DNA from: a virus
Lineage: Duplodnaviria > Caudoviricetes
IMG/VR virus record: IMGVR_UViG_3300032266_000647
Span: 1-55,493 of that record
Length of the DNA: 55,493 nucleotides
Strand: one strand, 5' to 3'
How positions within the stretch are numbered: position 1 is the stretch's first letter; each line of letters opens with the position of its first letter. The translations under genes and the position numbers were made by a program. Positions 7,848-15,924 of this stretch are shown piece after piece. The notes below the pieces were generated by a model. The model was not told where the DNA came from. It was given only the letters and a program-made list of their open reading frames with translations, and ran no database searches.

Positions 7848-8798
7848 TTACTTGGCAAGCGCGTCGATCTGCGCGAGCTGGTCGGGGGACAGAGAGAACC
7901 GGCTGGCCAGCATGGCGCGCAGATCCTCGACAGTGATGTCGCCGTTGCTGATCTGCGACCGCGCCAGATCCAGGCGCTCCGCGAATTGCTCGGCCGACAC
8001 GGACGGCAGCGACTTGTCCGGCTGCGCAGGCGGCGGCGCGCCGGTGATTTCGCCGGTCGCGTTGTCGATGGTTAGCGGGTTGTCTTGTGACAGCCCGGCC
8101 TCCGCTTGCTCGTCCAGGCCGACCGCGGTCGCCAGCTCGATCGACACCGGCAGGTACTTGAAGACGCGCCGGATAACGGTCTTCTTGGCCATTTCCTCGA
8201 AGTGATCGACCCAGGGGCCGCTGTTGCCGGCCTTGCTCTTGGCGCGCACCCGCTCGATCTCGGCGCGCGACATGACCTCAAACTGCGTGCCGCCGTCTTT
8301 CATCTTGGCGACCGCGTAGACGAAGCGCAGCGGGCCGCGGTCTTCCGCTTCCCAGTTGGGTTCGTGCTGCAAATCGGGGTTGAGGCCGAGGGCGACGTGA
8401 AAGCGATCGGCCTGATAGACGGCGCGCGCTTCGATGCTGAGGATCTGCCCACTGCGGCGCGCCAGGTCGATCATGCCGCGGTAGCCGACGATGAACTGGA
8501 CTTCGGTGATTCCCTTCTTGCGGTTCTCGAACGGCAGCAGGTAAGCGTGGCCGAGGGCGCCGCCCGGCTCCAGCCCGAGCTGCGCGCACTGCATGATCGC
8601 GCCGAGGAAACTGGCCTGGTCGCACGACGCGAGTGCCGGCGATTTGCGCACTTCGGTCAGCGCAATGCGCGCGAGGCGGTCGGCCGTCATGTGCCGGGGC
8701 AGGGCCAGCGCCATCTGCTCCTTGATGCGGCGGTCGGCCAGTAGGGTGGTGATGGTGGCGGGCGCCTTGGCGCCGCTGGTGGTGGTGACGTTGCTCAT
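7848..8798 (-). CDS. recT: RecT single-strand annealing protein
   Basis: ALPRHMTADRLARIA, AQLGLEP, GHAYLLPF, GYRGMIDLARRSG, EMAKKTVIRR. Confidence 0.95.
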   Translation of the reverse strand: MSNVTTTSGAKAPATITTLLADRRIKEQMALALPRHMTADRLARIALTEVRKSPALASCDQASFLGAIMQCAQLGLEPGGALGHAYLLPFENRKKGITEVQFIVGYRGMIDLARRSGQILSIEARAVYQADRFHVALGLNPDLQHEPNWEAEDRGPLRFVYAVAKMKDGGTQFEVMSRAEIERVRAKSKAGNSGPWVDHFEEMAKKTVIRRVFKYLPVSIELATAVGLDEQAEAGLSQDNPLTIDNATGEITGAPPPAQPDKSLPSVSAEQFAERLDLARSQISNGDITVEDLRAMLASRFSLSPDQLAQIDALAK

Positions 8799-8814
8799 GG
8801 TGTCCTTGCGGTGA

Positions 8815-9093
8815 TTAAACGGATCGGAACGAGGCCGGCAGCGACACCGCCGGAACCTGCTCGATCAGAAAGCCCAGGCGCTCGGCCAGCGCCAGGGTGC
8901 TGTTGGTGAGGGTCTTGGTGCCGGCGATTTGCGCGAACAGCTCGGCGGTTTCGTTGGCCGGGTAGATCGTGTAGCGGCCGTACACGCGATCGACGCAAAC
9001 CTTGAGGGTCAGGCCGGGCGCGCCGATGTTGTTCAGGTACGCATTGGCCATCGCGCGGGACTCGGCTTTGGCTGACATTGCGGGGGCGTTCAT
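8815..9093 (-). CDS. Hypothetical protein
   Basis: AAGGAGG SD; VYGRYTIYPANETAELFAQIAGTKTLT. Confidence 0.7.
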   Translation of the reverse strand: MNAPAMSAKAESRAMANAYLNNIGAPGLTLKVCVDRVYGRYTIYPANETAELFAQIAGTKTLTNSTLALAERLGFLIEQVPAVSLPASFRSV

Positions 9094-9365
9094 GCCGCCT
9101 CCTTGGCGGCAGAGTTGTCGGAGACAAGTTGATCGGCGGCGGCGCGGATCATCGAGCGCATGGCCGAGGACTTGTAGGCGGCGAGGGCTGATGCGACATC
9201 GGGGAACGAGCGGCCGAGGCCACCCCATGCGCGGTTGCTGGCGTTGAGGCACAAAGCGCCGACGCCGTTCGGCCCGAAATTCACGCGCGCCTTCTGATTG
9301 CCGCAAGCCAGCTCGAAGCTGGCGTACTGATCGCTGCGGCTGCTGGAGAGAATCAAGACATTCAT
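9090..9365 (-). CDS. Hypothetical protein
   Basis: AGGAGG SD downstream of the promoter at 9402-9430. Confidence 0.7.
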   Translation of the reverse strand: MNVLILSSSRSDQYASFELACGNQKARVNFGPNGVGALCLNASNRAWGGLGRSFPDVASALAAYKSSAMRSMIRAAADQLVSDNSAAKEAA

Positions 9366-9401
9366 TCGCTGACCTCCTATGTAGTTGCTGACCACAGACG
9401 A

Positions 9402-9443
9402 AGCGTACCCGTATTCGGATCGCGTGTCAACCGAAAACGGATA
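9402..9443 (-). promoter_or_regulatory. Leftward sigma70 promoter with two operators
   Basis: TTGACA(9430-9425)-17-TACGCT(9407-9402); operators TACCCGTATTCGGATC 9406-9421 and CAACCGAAAACGGATA 9428-9443. Confidence 0.8.
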
Positions 9444-9451
9444 ACGCAGGC

Positions 9452-9640
9452 TCAGGGAAACATCCACCGGCCCAGCATGGCCACGACGTAGAGGCACAGC
9501 GCGCTGGTGCCGATCACGCCCCAGCCGGATCGGATCAGCCGCTCGCCGCGCGGGGGCGCCTCGATCGGGTTGGCGTATCTGGCGCTGCCGGGGAAGGCTT
9601 CATTGGTCGTTCGTGGAAAGCGGCGGGTGGTGGTGTTCAT
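9452..9640 (-). CDS. Small protein with C-terminal membrane segment
   Basis: RRFPRTTNEAFP...YANPIE followed by a hydrophobic tail. Confidence 0.65.
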   Translation of the reverse strand: MNTTTRRFPRTTNEAFPGSARYANPIEAPPRGERLIRSGWGVIGTSALCLYVVAMLGRWMFP

Positions 9641-9650
9641 GGGTTCAGAG

Positions 9651-9666
9651 TATCCGAAAAAGGATA
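9651..9666. promoter_or_regulatory. Operator
   Basis: TATCCGAAAAAGGATA. Confidence 0.7.
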
Positions 9667-9667
9667 T

Positions 9668-9775
9668 TTAACGGCACAGGTTTTCAATCACAAGCCAGCC
9701 GACCGCGACGCATCCGACAATGAACGCGATGGTCAGGACGGCTATCTCGATCTTCTCAGCTCGGGTCATGTACAT
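9668..9775 (-). CDS. 35-aa single-pass membrane peptide (not in ORF track)
   Basis: GGAG SD; MYMTRAEKIEIAVLTIAFIVGCVAVGWLVIENLCR. Confidence 0.55.
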   Translation of the reverse strand: MYMTRAEKIEIAVLTIAFIVGCVAVGWLVIENLCR

Positions 9776-9793
9776 GGTGCGCTCCGGTTGCGG

Positions 9794-9982
9794 TCAGTCG
9801 GCCGAGTACCACTTGACGGTGGCGACGACCTGGGTGGTTTCTTTGATGTTCGCGTGAGTTCCATACGCGATCGGCGGGTACGTGACCATCAGCGTGTCGA
9901 TCGCGGCATCGACCTCGGCGCGGTTGTCGCCGGTGATGACAACCTCGCGCGTCCCGTAGACGTGGTGCGTGCGGACGGTCAT
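9794..9982 (-). CDS. Hypothetical protein
   Basis: GGAGG SD, ATGA overlap. Confidence 0.6.
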   Translation of the reverse strand: MTVRTHHVYGTREVVITGDNRAEVDAAIDTLMVTYPPIAYGTHANIKETTQVVATVKWYSAD

Positions 9983-10266
9983 GCGGCCTCCGTTGCTTTG
10001 GCGAGGGCGGCGCGGGCGGCTTCTCGCGCCTGCCGATACCACGCGCCATCTTCGTTCGTGGCCGGGTCAAGCAAGCCACGCAACGCCTCCAACATTTCCG
10101 GCGCGGCGGCGATCAGGCGGGCGTTGGCTTCCTGTCTGGCAACCATCAATTCGCCGTTCTGTCGGAACGCTGCCATCCATTTGTCATCGGCGGTGAGCAA
10201 GCACCAATCGTTTGCGTCGCCTTGCGGCCGTGCGACCCACGGCCCAGGTGTGTACTGCGTGCTCAT
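9979..10266 (-). CDS. Hypothetical phage protein
   Basis: YTPGPW...ANARLIAAAPEMLEAL motif. Confidence 0.8.
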   Translation of the reverse strand: MSTQYTPGPWVARPQGDANDWCLLTADDKWMAAFRQNGELMVARQEANARLIAAAPEMLEALRGLLDPATNEDGAWYRQAREAARAALAKATEAA

Positions 10267-10281
10267 GCTGACCTCCTCCGG

Positions 10282-10551
10282 TTAGATGACACTGAACGGC
10301 GCGGCGTAGTGCTGGAAGGCGTCGGTGTCGCTGACGACGTGATCCTGCGGGACACCCCAGGCCGACCAATTCAGCGGTGCGGCGCCGCGCTTCTTCTGAA
10401 GGAACCGCTCGGCACGCTCGGCGCTGCGGAACACCGCGGCGTGCGCGATCGGCTCCCAAAGGCTGTCGCTGCAAGCGCGGATCAAGCCTCGGATCTGGAA
10501 GCCCCGCATCCCGCTGATGCAGACCTCGACGACGGTGAGATTGCGAATCAT
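10282..10551 (-). CDS. Hypothetical protein
   Basis: AGGAGG SD; operon packing. Confidence 0.65.
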   Translation of the reverse strand: MIRNLTVVEVCISGMRGFQIRGLIRACSDSLWEPIAHAAVFRSAERAERFLQKKRGAAPLNWSAWGVPQDHVVSDTDAFQHYAAPFSVI

Positions 10552-10560
10552 GTTGACCTC

Positions 10561-10968
10561 CTAGAAAGACGGGTCCAAGTAGCGTTCGCGCTCGCCGATC
10601 CGCAGCCCCTTGCCGCCGGACTTGTTGAACTTCAACGTCTCGCTGTTGATGTAGCCCTCAACCCACATGCCGGTTTTGAGGCTCTTGCGAAACATCGTCC
10701 GCTTGCCGACTAGGTTTGGTGTGAACTCATAAGACGCGCTGCCGTCCATCATTGAGCCGGAGATCACCTTGTCGTCGTCTCGCGTGACTTCGATCTCGTA
10801 CTTCCACCGCTTCCCGCACAGCTCCGACACCTTGACGATCGTGCCGGGGTAACGGTCTGTCCAGCCGAGCATCGTCACGCCCATGCCGACCACCGGCACC
10901 GGCTCACCGATGACTCCGCGCGACATCAGGTTGTTCACCACGCTGGCTGTTTCTGATCCGAGTCTCAT
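10561..10968 (-). CDS. Hypothetical protein, first gene of the PL operon
   Basis: PVVGMGVTMLGWTDRYPGTI...GERERYLDPSF. Confidence 0.75.
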   Translation of the reverse strand: MRLGSETASVVNNLMSRGVIGEPVPVVGMGVTMLGWTDRYPGTIVKVSELCGKRWKYEIEVTRDDDKVISGSMMDGSASYEFTPNLVGKRTMFRKSLKTGMWVEGYINSETLKFNKSGGKGLRIGERERYLDPSF

Positions 10969-11001
10969 TCCTGCTCTCCTATGGTCATCAGTACAGTCGG
11001 G

Positions 11002-11036
11002 ACAATAAACCGTTTATGAATATCCGTCAACGGATA
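11002..11036 (-). promoter_or_regulatory. PL-like promoter with two operators
   Basis: TTGACG(11030-11025)-17-TATTGT(11007-11002); operators 11007-11022 and the perfect-arm TATCCGTCAACGGATA 11021-11036. Confidence 0.85.
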
Positions 11037-11050
11037 TTTTCGGGCGTGCG

Positions 11051-11077
11051 AAAACGCCACGGGCGGGCGTGGCGTTT
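11051..11077 (-). terminator. Terminator-like hairpin ending the cI transcript
   Basis: AAACGCCACG-GGCGGG-CGTGGCGTTT. Confidence 0.6.
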
Positions 11078-11385
11078 CAGCGACGGTCGATAGGGATGAT
11101 CTGCGCGCAGCGCGACGCATCGGCCGTCATGTCGGCCAGGCGCGTAGTCACCGCATCGAGCGCGCCGAGGATGATCTGCGCGTGTTCCGGCTCAACCGCG
11201 ACGGCGCTGGTGCGCACCTGTAGATCGGCGCTTACTGCAATGTAAATGGCCGCGACCATCGGCGGATCCGATGCGGCCTGCTCGATGTGCCAGTGCCGGA
11301 TGCTGGCTATGCGATCGGGGTGGGGGCGCGGTGTCAGCGCGTCAAGCGCGCGGACGTTTGCGGGGGCGCTGGTGCGTTTTTTCAT
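11077..11385 (-). CDS. Hypothetical protein co-transcribed with the repressor
   Basis: ORF between cI and the terminator. Confidence 0.6.
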   Translation of the reverse strand: MKKRTSAPANVRALDALTPRPHPDRIASIRHWHIEQAASDPPMVAAIYIAVSADLQVRTSAVAVEPEHAQIILGALDAVTTRLADMTADASRCAQIIPIDRR

Positions 11386-11824
11386 GGCCGGTGGCGTTCT
11401 GCGTTGGGTCGGTCGTCGGCCGCCGGGCAGATGCGCGCGCCGCTGCCGCAGCCATTAACGTCGGCACCGGCTTGCGCTCCTCGAAGTCCAGCCGCTTGGG
11501 GGCGGGAGCATGACTCTTTGGGGCGGTGGCCGACAACTCAATGTAGTGCAGCACGCGGGCCTTGTCTTCCGGATCGAGCCGCGCCCAGGCCGACAGTAGC
11601 TGCGCGTCGCCGTCATCGAGTAGCAGCTCCACCGGGGAAACCCGGAAGGCCGCGGCCAGCGCATCTACGGAATCAACCGTCGCGCCTGCCTGCTGGGTGA
11701 GGATCCGCTGCACGGTCGCCTGGCCGACGCCGGCGCGGGAGGCCACTTTCGTCTGCGTGTTCAGGTCGATCCGATCGTCCATCAGCGCGCGTAGGCGGAT
11801 GGCAAGCGTAGCTCTGAGTTTCAT
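11342..11824 (-). CDS. cI: CI-like XRE HTH repressor without an S24 peptidase domain
   Basis: TQTKVASRAGVGQATVQRIL...TVDSVDALAAAFRVSPVELL; divergent from cro across an operator cluster. Confidence 0.85.
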   Translation of the reverse strand: MKLRATLAIRLRALMDDRIDLNTQTKVASRAGVGQATVQRILTQQAGATVDSVDALAAAFRVSPVELLLDDGDAQLLSAWARLDPEDKARVLHYIELSATAPKSHAPAPKRLDFEERKPVPTLMAAAAARASARRPTTDPTQNATGHEKTHQRPRKRPRA

Positions 11825-11857
11825 GAGGTTCTCCGGCGTTGCGGCCCGGCATTGATG

Positions 11858-11914
11858 TTCCCGGATACGGGTAACCAATTGTGGATTGACGATTAACCGT
11901 TTATGGATAACAAT
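11858..11914 (+). promoter_or_regulatory. OR region: three operators and PR promoter
   Basis: Operators 11858-11873, 11872-11887, 11894-11909; TTGACG(11886-11891)-17-AACAAT(11909-11914); ATG follows 7 nt later (leaderless-like). Confidence 0.85.
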
Positions 11915-11921
11915 GACGGCC

Positions 11922-12194
11922 ATGAACGAGACCATTCACGAATACCTGCGCCGCCGACTCAAGGAGTACCAGGGTCGGCACATGGAAATCTGCCGCGATA
12001 CCGGCGTGCCTCAGTCAACGATCAGCCGGATTCACGGCGGGGCGATGCCGACGCTGGCAACCGCTCAGCCGTTGCTGGATTGGTTCGAGGCTGACGACGC
12101 GCGCGAGCAGCGTGTGCCGCCGCCGCGCCGGCCCTCAGCAGTCGCGCGAGGTGGCCGGACAGGCGGCGGGCGCGTCCTCGGCCGTAGGAATTGA
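11922..12194 (+). CDS. cro: Cro-like HTH protein
   Basis: HMEICRDTGVPQSTISRIHGGAMPTLATAQPLLDWF. Confidence 0.8.
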   Translation: MNETIHEYLRRRLKEYQGRHMEICRDTGVPQSTISRIHGGAMPTLATAQPLLDWFEADDAREQRVPPPRRPSAVARGGRTGGGRVLGRRN

Positions 12195-12374
12195 CCGGCA
12201 GCCCCGTCCCTCGGTCAGCAGCCCAAACATGACGACGACGATCGCCGTGGCCTGCCCGATCTCGCCCCAGGTGCGCCAGGTGAGGGCGATGCCCTTGCTG
12301 CGCGCGCCGGCCGCGAAGAAGCAGGCCGCGATCCAGCCCAGCAGCGCGAATTGGTGCCACGCCCAGTCGTGCAT
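12135..12374 (-). CDS. 79-aa two-TM membrane protein, antisense within the PR operon
   Basis: MHDWAWHQFALLGWIAACFFAAG...TAIVVVMFGLL; third positions strongly G/C in this frame; fills the cro-RHH gap. Confidence 0.6.
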   Translation of the reverse strand: MHDWAWHQFALLGWIAACFFAAGARSKGIALTWRTWGEIGQATAIVVVMFGLLTEGRGCRSIPTAEDAPAACPATSRDC

Positions 12375-12388
12375 CCGAAAGCCCCGAT

Positions 12389-12643
12389 ATGAGTGAGTCG
12401 ATGTTATCGCGCTCGGGACGGACATCGCCCGACGGAAAGCTGACCCGGCGGCTGGACGTGCCGGTGTCCGAGGAGCTGGAGGAGGCGGTGATTGCGCTGG
12501 CCACGGTGGCGGCAGTGCCGAAGGCGGAGCTGGTGCGGTTCCTGTTGGAGCGCGCGATCTGGGGCGAGATGTCCATGCTGCGCAGTGTGAACGACCCGCT
12601 GGCCTGGAGTCGATTGGATGTTGCTCCGAGGAATGACCGATGA
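12389..12643 (+). CDS. Ribbon-helix-helix/CopG-like regulator in the CII position
   Basis: RRLDVPVSEELEEAVIALATVAAVPKAELVRFLLERAI. Confidence 0.7.
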   Translation: MSESMLSRSGRTSPDGKLTRRLDVPVSEELEEAVIALATVAAVPKAELVRFLLERAIWGEMSMLRSVNDPLAWSRLDVAPRNDR

Positions 12644-12963
12644 GCGGCGGGATCGCGTGGCTGGTGGCGCAAGCAGAAAGCGTCCAGGCCGCGCAGCCCG
12701 CGCGCCAGCAGTTCAACCCCCGGCCGCCCGGCGTGATCCGGGACGGCAGCACGACGCAGCTTGTTCTGGTGTTTCTGCGCGAGCGCCCGCACACATTGCA
12801 CCCGCACTGGCAGATCGTGGCCGGCGTGGGCCGCTCGAAGGTGGCGGTGGATTGGGCGCTGGCGTTCCTGCGCCAGCAGGGGATGGTCGATGCCGTGCCT
12901 GACCGCGGCCGCAACGCCAGGTACTTCAAGTACCGAATCAAGAAGGATGGAGCCAATGGATAG
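12640..12963 (+). CDS. Winged-HTH protein
   Basis: LVLVFLRER...WQIVAGVGRSKVAVDWALAFLRQQGMV...YFKY. Confidence 0.65.
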   Translation: MSGGIAWLVAQAESVQAAQPARQQFNPRPPGVIRDGSTTQLVLVFLRERPHTLHPHWQIVAGVGRSKVAVDWALAFLRQQGMVDAVPDRGRNARYFKYRIKKDGANG

Positions 12964-13342
12964 CCAGCTTGCGCTGTACCTGCCGGCGCCGCGCAACACG
13001 CCGCGGCGCTCAACCGTTGATCGAGCGCGCGTCGAGCGCGATGCCGCGATCGAGTCGGTTGCCGACAAGGCAGGCGCGGCCTGGACGGAATTGGCGTTTG
13101 AGTTCTTGAGGCGGTACGCCGTACGCAACGCACTGTTCACGCCGGAAGACGTGACCGATGCAATGGCTATTGAGGGCCAGCCTCAGCCGCACGATCTGCG
13201 CGCGTGGGGTGCGGTGTATCAGCGCGCCCGCCGCGCAAAGCTGATCGAGAAGTCGAAGACGGAGACGTATCAGCGCCGCTTCGGGCACGCAACGGTCAGC
13301 TTCAAGTGGCGGTCGCTGATCTGCGAAGGAGGGGCGACATGA
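12956..13342 (+). CDS. Hypothetical DNA-binding protein
   Basis: FTPEDV...PHDLRAWGAVYQRARRAKLIEK. Confidence 0.7.
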   Translation: MDSQLALYLPAPRNTPRRSTVDRARVERDAAIESVADKAGAAWTELAFEFLRRYAVRNALFTPEDVTDAMAIEGQPQPHDLRAWGAVYQRARRAKLIEKSKTETYQRRFGHATVSFKWRSLICEGGAT

Positions 13343-13518
13343 CTGTCACCGCGCAGCGGGCGGCGCCGCCGGCCTGCAACTTTGGGAGCAATGGCGATGA
13401 GCATCATCGAATTGATCGCGCTGGTGATCGGCATCTGGTTCTAGTTGCCAGCAAGGGGCGGGCAACCGAGACGACGCCTGCCCCGATTGAATCCATGTTC
13501 GGAGGGTCGCTGGTGTGA
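13339..13518 (+). CDS. Hypothetical protein
   Basis: AGGAGG SD; overlaps both neighbours by 4 nt. Confidence 0.45.
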   Translation: MTVTAQRAAPPACNFGSNGDEHHRIDRAGDRHLVLVASKGRATETTPAPIESMFGGSLV

Positions 13519-14480
13519 ATTTCTACCCGTTTCACCTGGGCGACTACGTTGCTCACACCGCACACCTGGATCCGCTGGAGGACATCGCGTACCGGCGCCT
13601 GCTGGATCTGTACTACCAGCGCGAGGCTGCGCTGGTGGGTAGTGCCGAGCAACTGGCGCGCATGATCCGGATGCGCGAGTACGAGGAGATCGTCGCGCGC
13701 GTGCTGACCGAGTTTTTTGAGGAGCATCCGAATGCACAGGGCGCGCTGCCCACGATGTGGCGCAACCGCCGCGCAGACATCGAGATTGACAAGTACCGGT
13801 CCATGAAGGCCGGTGGGAAGAAGGGCGCGGAGAAGCGCTGGGGGAAGAAGTCCGCCAATCCGCCGCCCGCTGGCTCCGCCGGTGGGCCGGGCGAAGACCC
13901 GCTGAAGGGTGGGGAAATACCCGGTCCGATACCCCCCCTATGCCCACCCCATAGCGGGGGCGAATCAGTCCCCAATGCTAACCAAGAACCAAGAACCAAG
14001 AACCAAGAAGACTCCGTAGACACTCTTTCCCAAGCTCCACCGCTACCGCGCGTGCGCGAGGCCGATCCGCGTCAACCCCTGTACGCGCCGTCGATTGCAG
14101 GCCGGGTGTGCTGGGCGATGAAGGCTGCCGGCGTGCGGGACGTGAACCCGAGCCATGCCGTGCTGCTGGAGCTGATCGACGTGGTGGATGTCGATGTCGC
14201 GGAGTTCGCATCAGCCGCGCAGGAAGCCGCCAGCCGTGGCAAAGGGTTTGCCTACGCACTCGGGATCGTCCAGGGCCGGCGCCGGGATTCGGTTAAAGCG
14301 GCCGGGCGCGCGCCGCTCGAAACGATTGAGTCCTTCCGAGAACGCGACCGCCGGCTGGCTGCCGAACGGGCCGCGCAGTTCGCGCCCGATGCGGTTGATC
14401 GCGCCGCACTGGTTGGCCGAGGGCCGGTGCCGCCGATCGTGATCGACGTTCCCGCTGACGAACATGTGAGGCTGTCATGA
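13515..14480 (+). CDS. YdaU/DUF1376 replication initiator
   Basis: NFYPFHLGDYVAHTAHLDPLEDIAYRRLLDLYYQRE; GKKGAEKRW. Confidence 0.85.
   Translation: MNFYPFHLGDYVAHTAHLDPLEDIAYRRLLDLYYQREAALVGSAEQLARMIRMREYEEIVARVLTEFFEEHPNAQGALPTMWRNRRADIEIDKYRSMKAGGKKGAEKRWGKKSANPPPAGSAGGPGEDPLKGGEIPGPIPPLCPPHSGGESVPNANQEPRTKNQEDSVDTLSQAPPLPRVREADPRQPLYAPSIAGRVCWAMKAAGVRDVNPSHAVLLELIDVVDVDVAEFASAAQEAASRGKGFAYALGIVQGRRRDSVKAAGRAPLETIESFRERDRRLAAERAAQFAPDAVDRAALVGRGPVPPIVIDVPADEHVRLS
13980..14007 (+). repeat. (AACCAAG)x4 tandem repeat; probable replication origin inside the initiator gene
   Basis: Purine-skewed tandem following GGTGGG/CCCACC-rich repeats at about 13810-13975; lambda-O-like position. Confidence 0.6.
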
Positions 14481-14842
14481 CCGAACCGTTGCCGATGCCG
14501 TGGGTGGATCGGATTTTCCTCAAGCTGTCGCTGGTCTACGGCCGCGCGTTCATGGCGAAGTGGGACGGCCTGGACACCGCGATGGTGAAGGGCGACTGGG
14601 CGCATGAGCTGGCGTCGTTCACGACCTGGCCGGAGGCGCTGGCCTATGCGCTGGCTCACCTGCCGCCCGACCGCCCGCCGACCGTGCTGGAGTTCCGGGC
14701 GCTGGCCAGGCGCGCGCCGCCCCGGCAGGGCGCCGTGACGCTGCCGCCGCCTAGTGCCGATCGCGCTGCCGCTGCTCGCCAGTTGAAGGATATGCTGGCT
14801 GCGCTGGCCGCGCGCCGGCCGCAGGCTCGGGAAGGGGCGTGA
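14477..14842 (+). CDS. Replication accessory protein (helicase-loader position)
   Basis: WVDRIFLKLSLVYGRAFMAKW...PPTVLEFRAL. Confidence 0.6.
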   Translation: MTEPLPMPWVDRIFLKLSLVYGRAFMAKWDGLDTAMVKGDWAHELASFTTWPEALAYALAHLPPDRPPTVLEFRALARRAPPRQGAVTLPPPSADRAAAARQLKDMLAALAARRPQAREGA

Positions 14843-15054
14843 CATGCGCGTACTGCGCGTACTGCACGGCTCCCCAGCCTACCGGCGTCGGCTCGTTCGC
14901 GTGCGTCGAGTGCTGCGCACGTCTGGTGCTGAGCGCGCACCCGAGCAAGGCCCGCGCGGCGGCGATGCTGGCGGCAATCGCTCGGCACCCCGATGCACCT
15001 GGCCGGGAGCTGATCTTGGAGTCCGTGCGCCGTACCCTGGAGAAACCGCCCTGA
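14839..15054 (+). CDS. Small Cys-rich (Zn-finger-like) protein
   Basis: CAYC and CVECC motifs. Confidence 0.6.
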   Translation: MTCAYCAYCTAPQPTGVGSFACVECCARLVLSAHPSKARAAAMLAAIARHPDAPGRELILESVRRTLEKPP

Positions 15055-15094
15055 CCTGGGCCGAGGTGCTGATCGGGCAGCGCGAGGGCGTGCT

Positions 15095-15490
15095 GTGAGG
15101 CTGACCCGTGCCCAGGCGTATGACGTTCGCCGCGCCGCGAAGGTGGTCAACGGCACAGGCCGGCAGAAGTACGCGAATCAGAAGACCGAGATCGACGGGA
15201 TCCTGTTCGACTCGAAGGCGGAGGCGCGCTACTACCGCGGCCTGCAACTGCGTGAGCGGGCGGGGGAGATCTCGAACCTGCGCCGTCAGGTGGTCTTCGA
15301 GCTGGCGCCGTCGGTGGTGATCGGGGGCCGCCGGCGCCCGCCGCTGCGCTACATCGCTGACTTCGTGTTCGACGAGGGCGACAAGACGGTCGTCGCGGAC
15401 TTGAAGGGCGCCGAGCCGGCCGCCTACAGGATCAAGCGCCACCTGATGAAAGCGGTGCATGACATCGACATTCTGGAGATCAGAGCGTGA
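15095..15490 (+). CDS. DUF1064 family PD-(D/E)xK nuclease
   Basis: KYANQKTEIDGILFDSKAEARYY, YIADFVF, DLKG. Confidence 0.85.
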   Translation: MRLTRAQAYDVRRAAKVVNGTGRQKYANQKTEIDGILFDSKAEARYYRGLQLRERAGEISNLRRQVVFELAPSVVIGGRRRPPLRYIADFVFDEGDKTVVADLKGAEPAAYRIKRHLMKAVHDIDILEIRA

Positions 15491-15924
15491 GCAGGTTCGA
15501 GGACAAGCGGGCCGCCTTCGTGCGCGAGTACCTGGTGGACTTCAATGCCACCCAGGCCGCCATCCGAGCGGGGTATTCCAAGAAGACGGCAGGCTCGCAG
15601 GCCCATGAACTCTTGAAAAGACCCGATATTCAGGCGCAACTCAAAACGATTCAGGAGCGCGCCGCCGAGCAGACGCAAACCGACATCAACTGGGTGCGCC
15701 AGCGGTTGAAGCAGGAGGCGACGGACTACTCCGAGTTCGCGTCGCACTCCGCGCGGATCAAGGCGGTCGAGCTGATCGCCAAGCTCAACGGCGACTTCGA
15801 GAGGGACAACGCGCAGAAGACCGACCCGTTGAAGACCTTGCTCAATTCGCTCAGCGGCAACGTGTTCGGCCCGGTGCCGGAAGCTGCGCGAGGCACGCGC
15901 GACGACGATGACAACGACGATTGA
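15487..15924 (+). CDS. terS: Terminase small subunit
   Basis: FVREYLVDFNATQAAIRAGYSKKTA. Confidence 0.92.
   Translation: MSRFEDKRAAFVREYLVDFNATQAAIRAGYSKKTAGSQAHELLKRPDIQAQLKTIQERAAEQTQTDINWVRQRLKQEATDYSEFASHSARIKAVELIAKLNGDFERDNAQKTDPLKTLLNSLSGNVFGPVPEAARGTRDDDDNDD

Noticed and set aside
9114-9124. 11-nt complementarity between early mRNA and the sRNA 5' region
   Set aside because: Only about 8 nt fall inside the predicted transcript, which is compatible with chance
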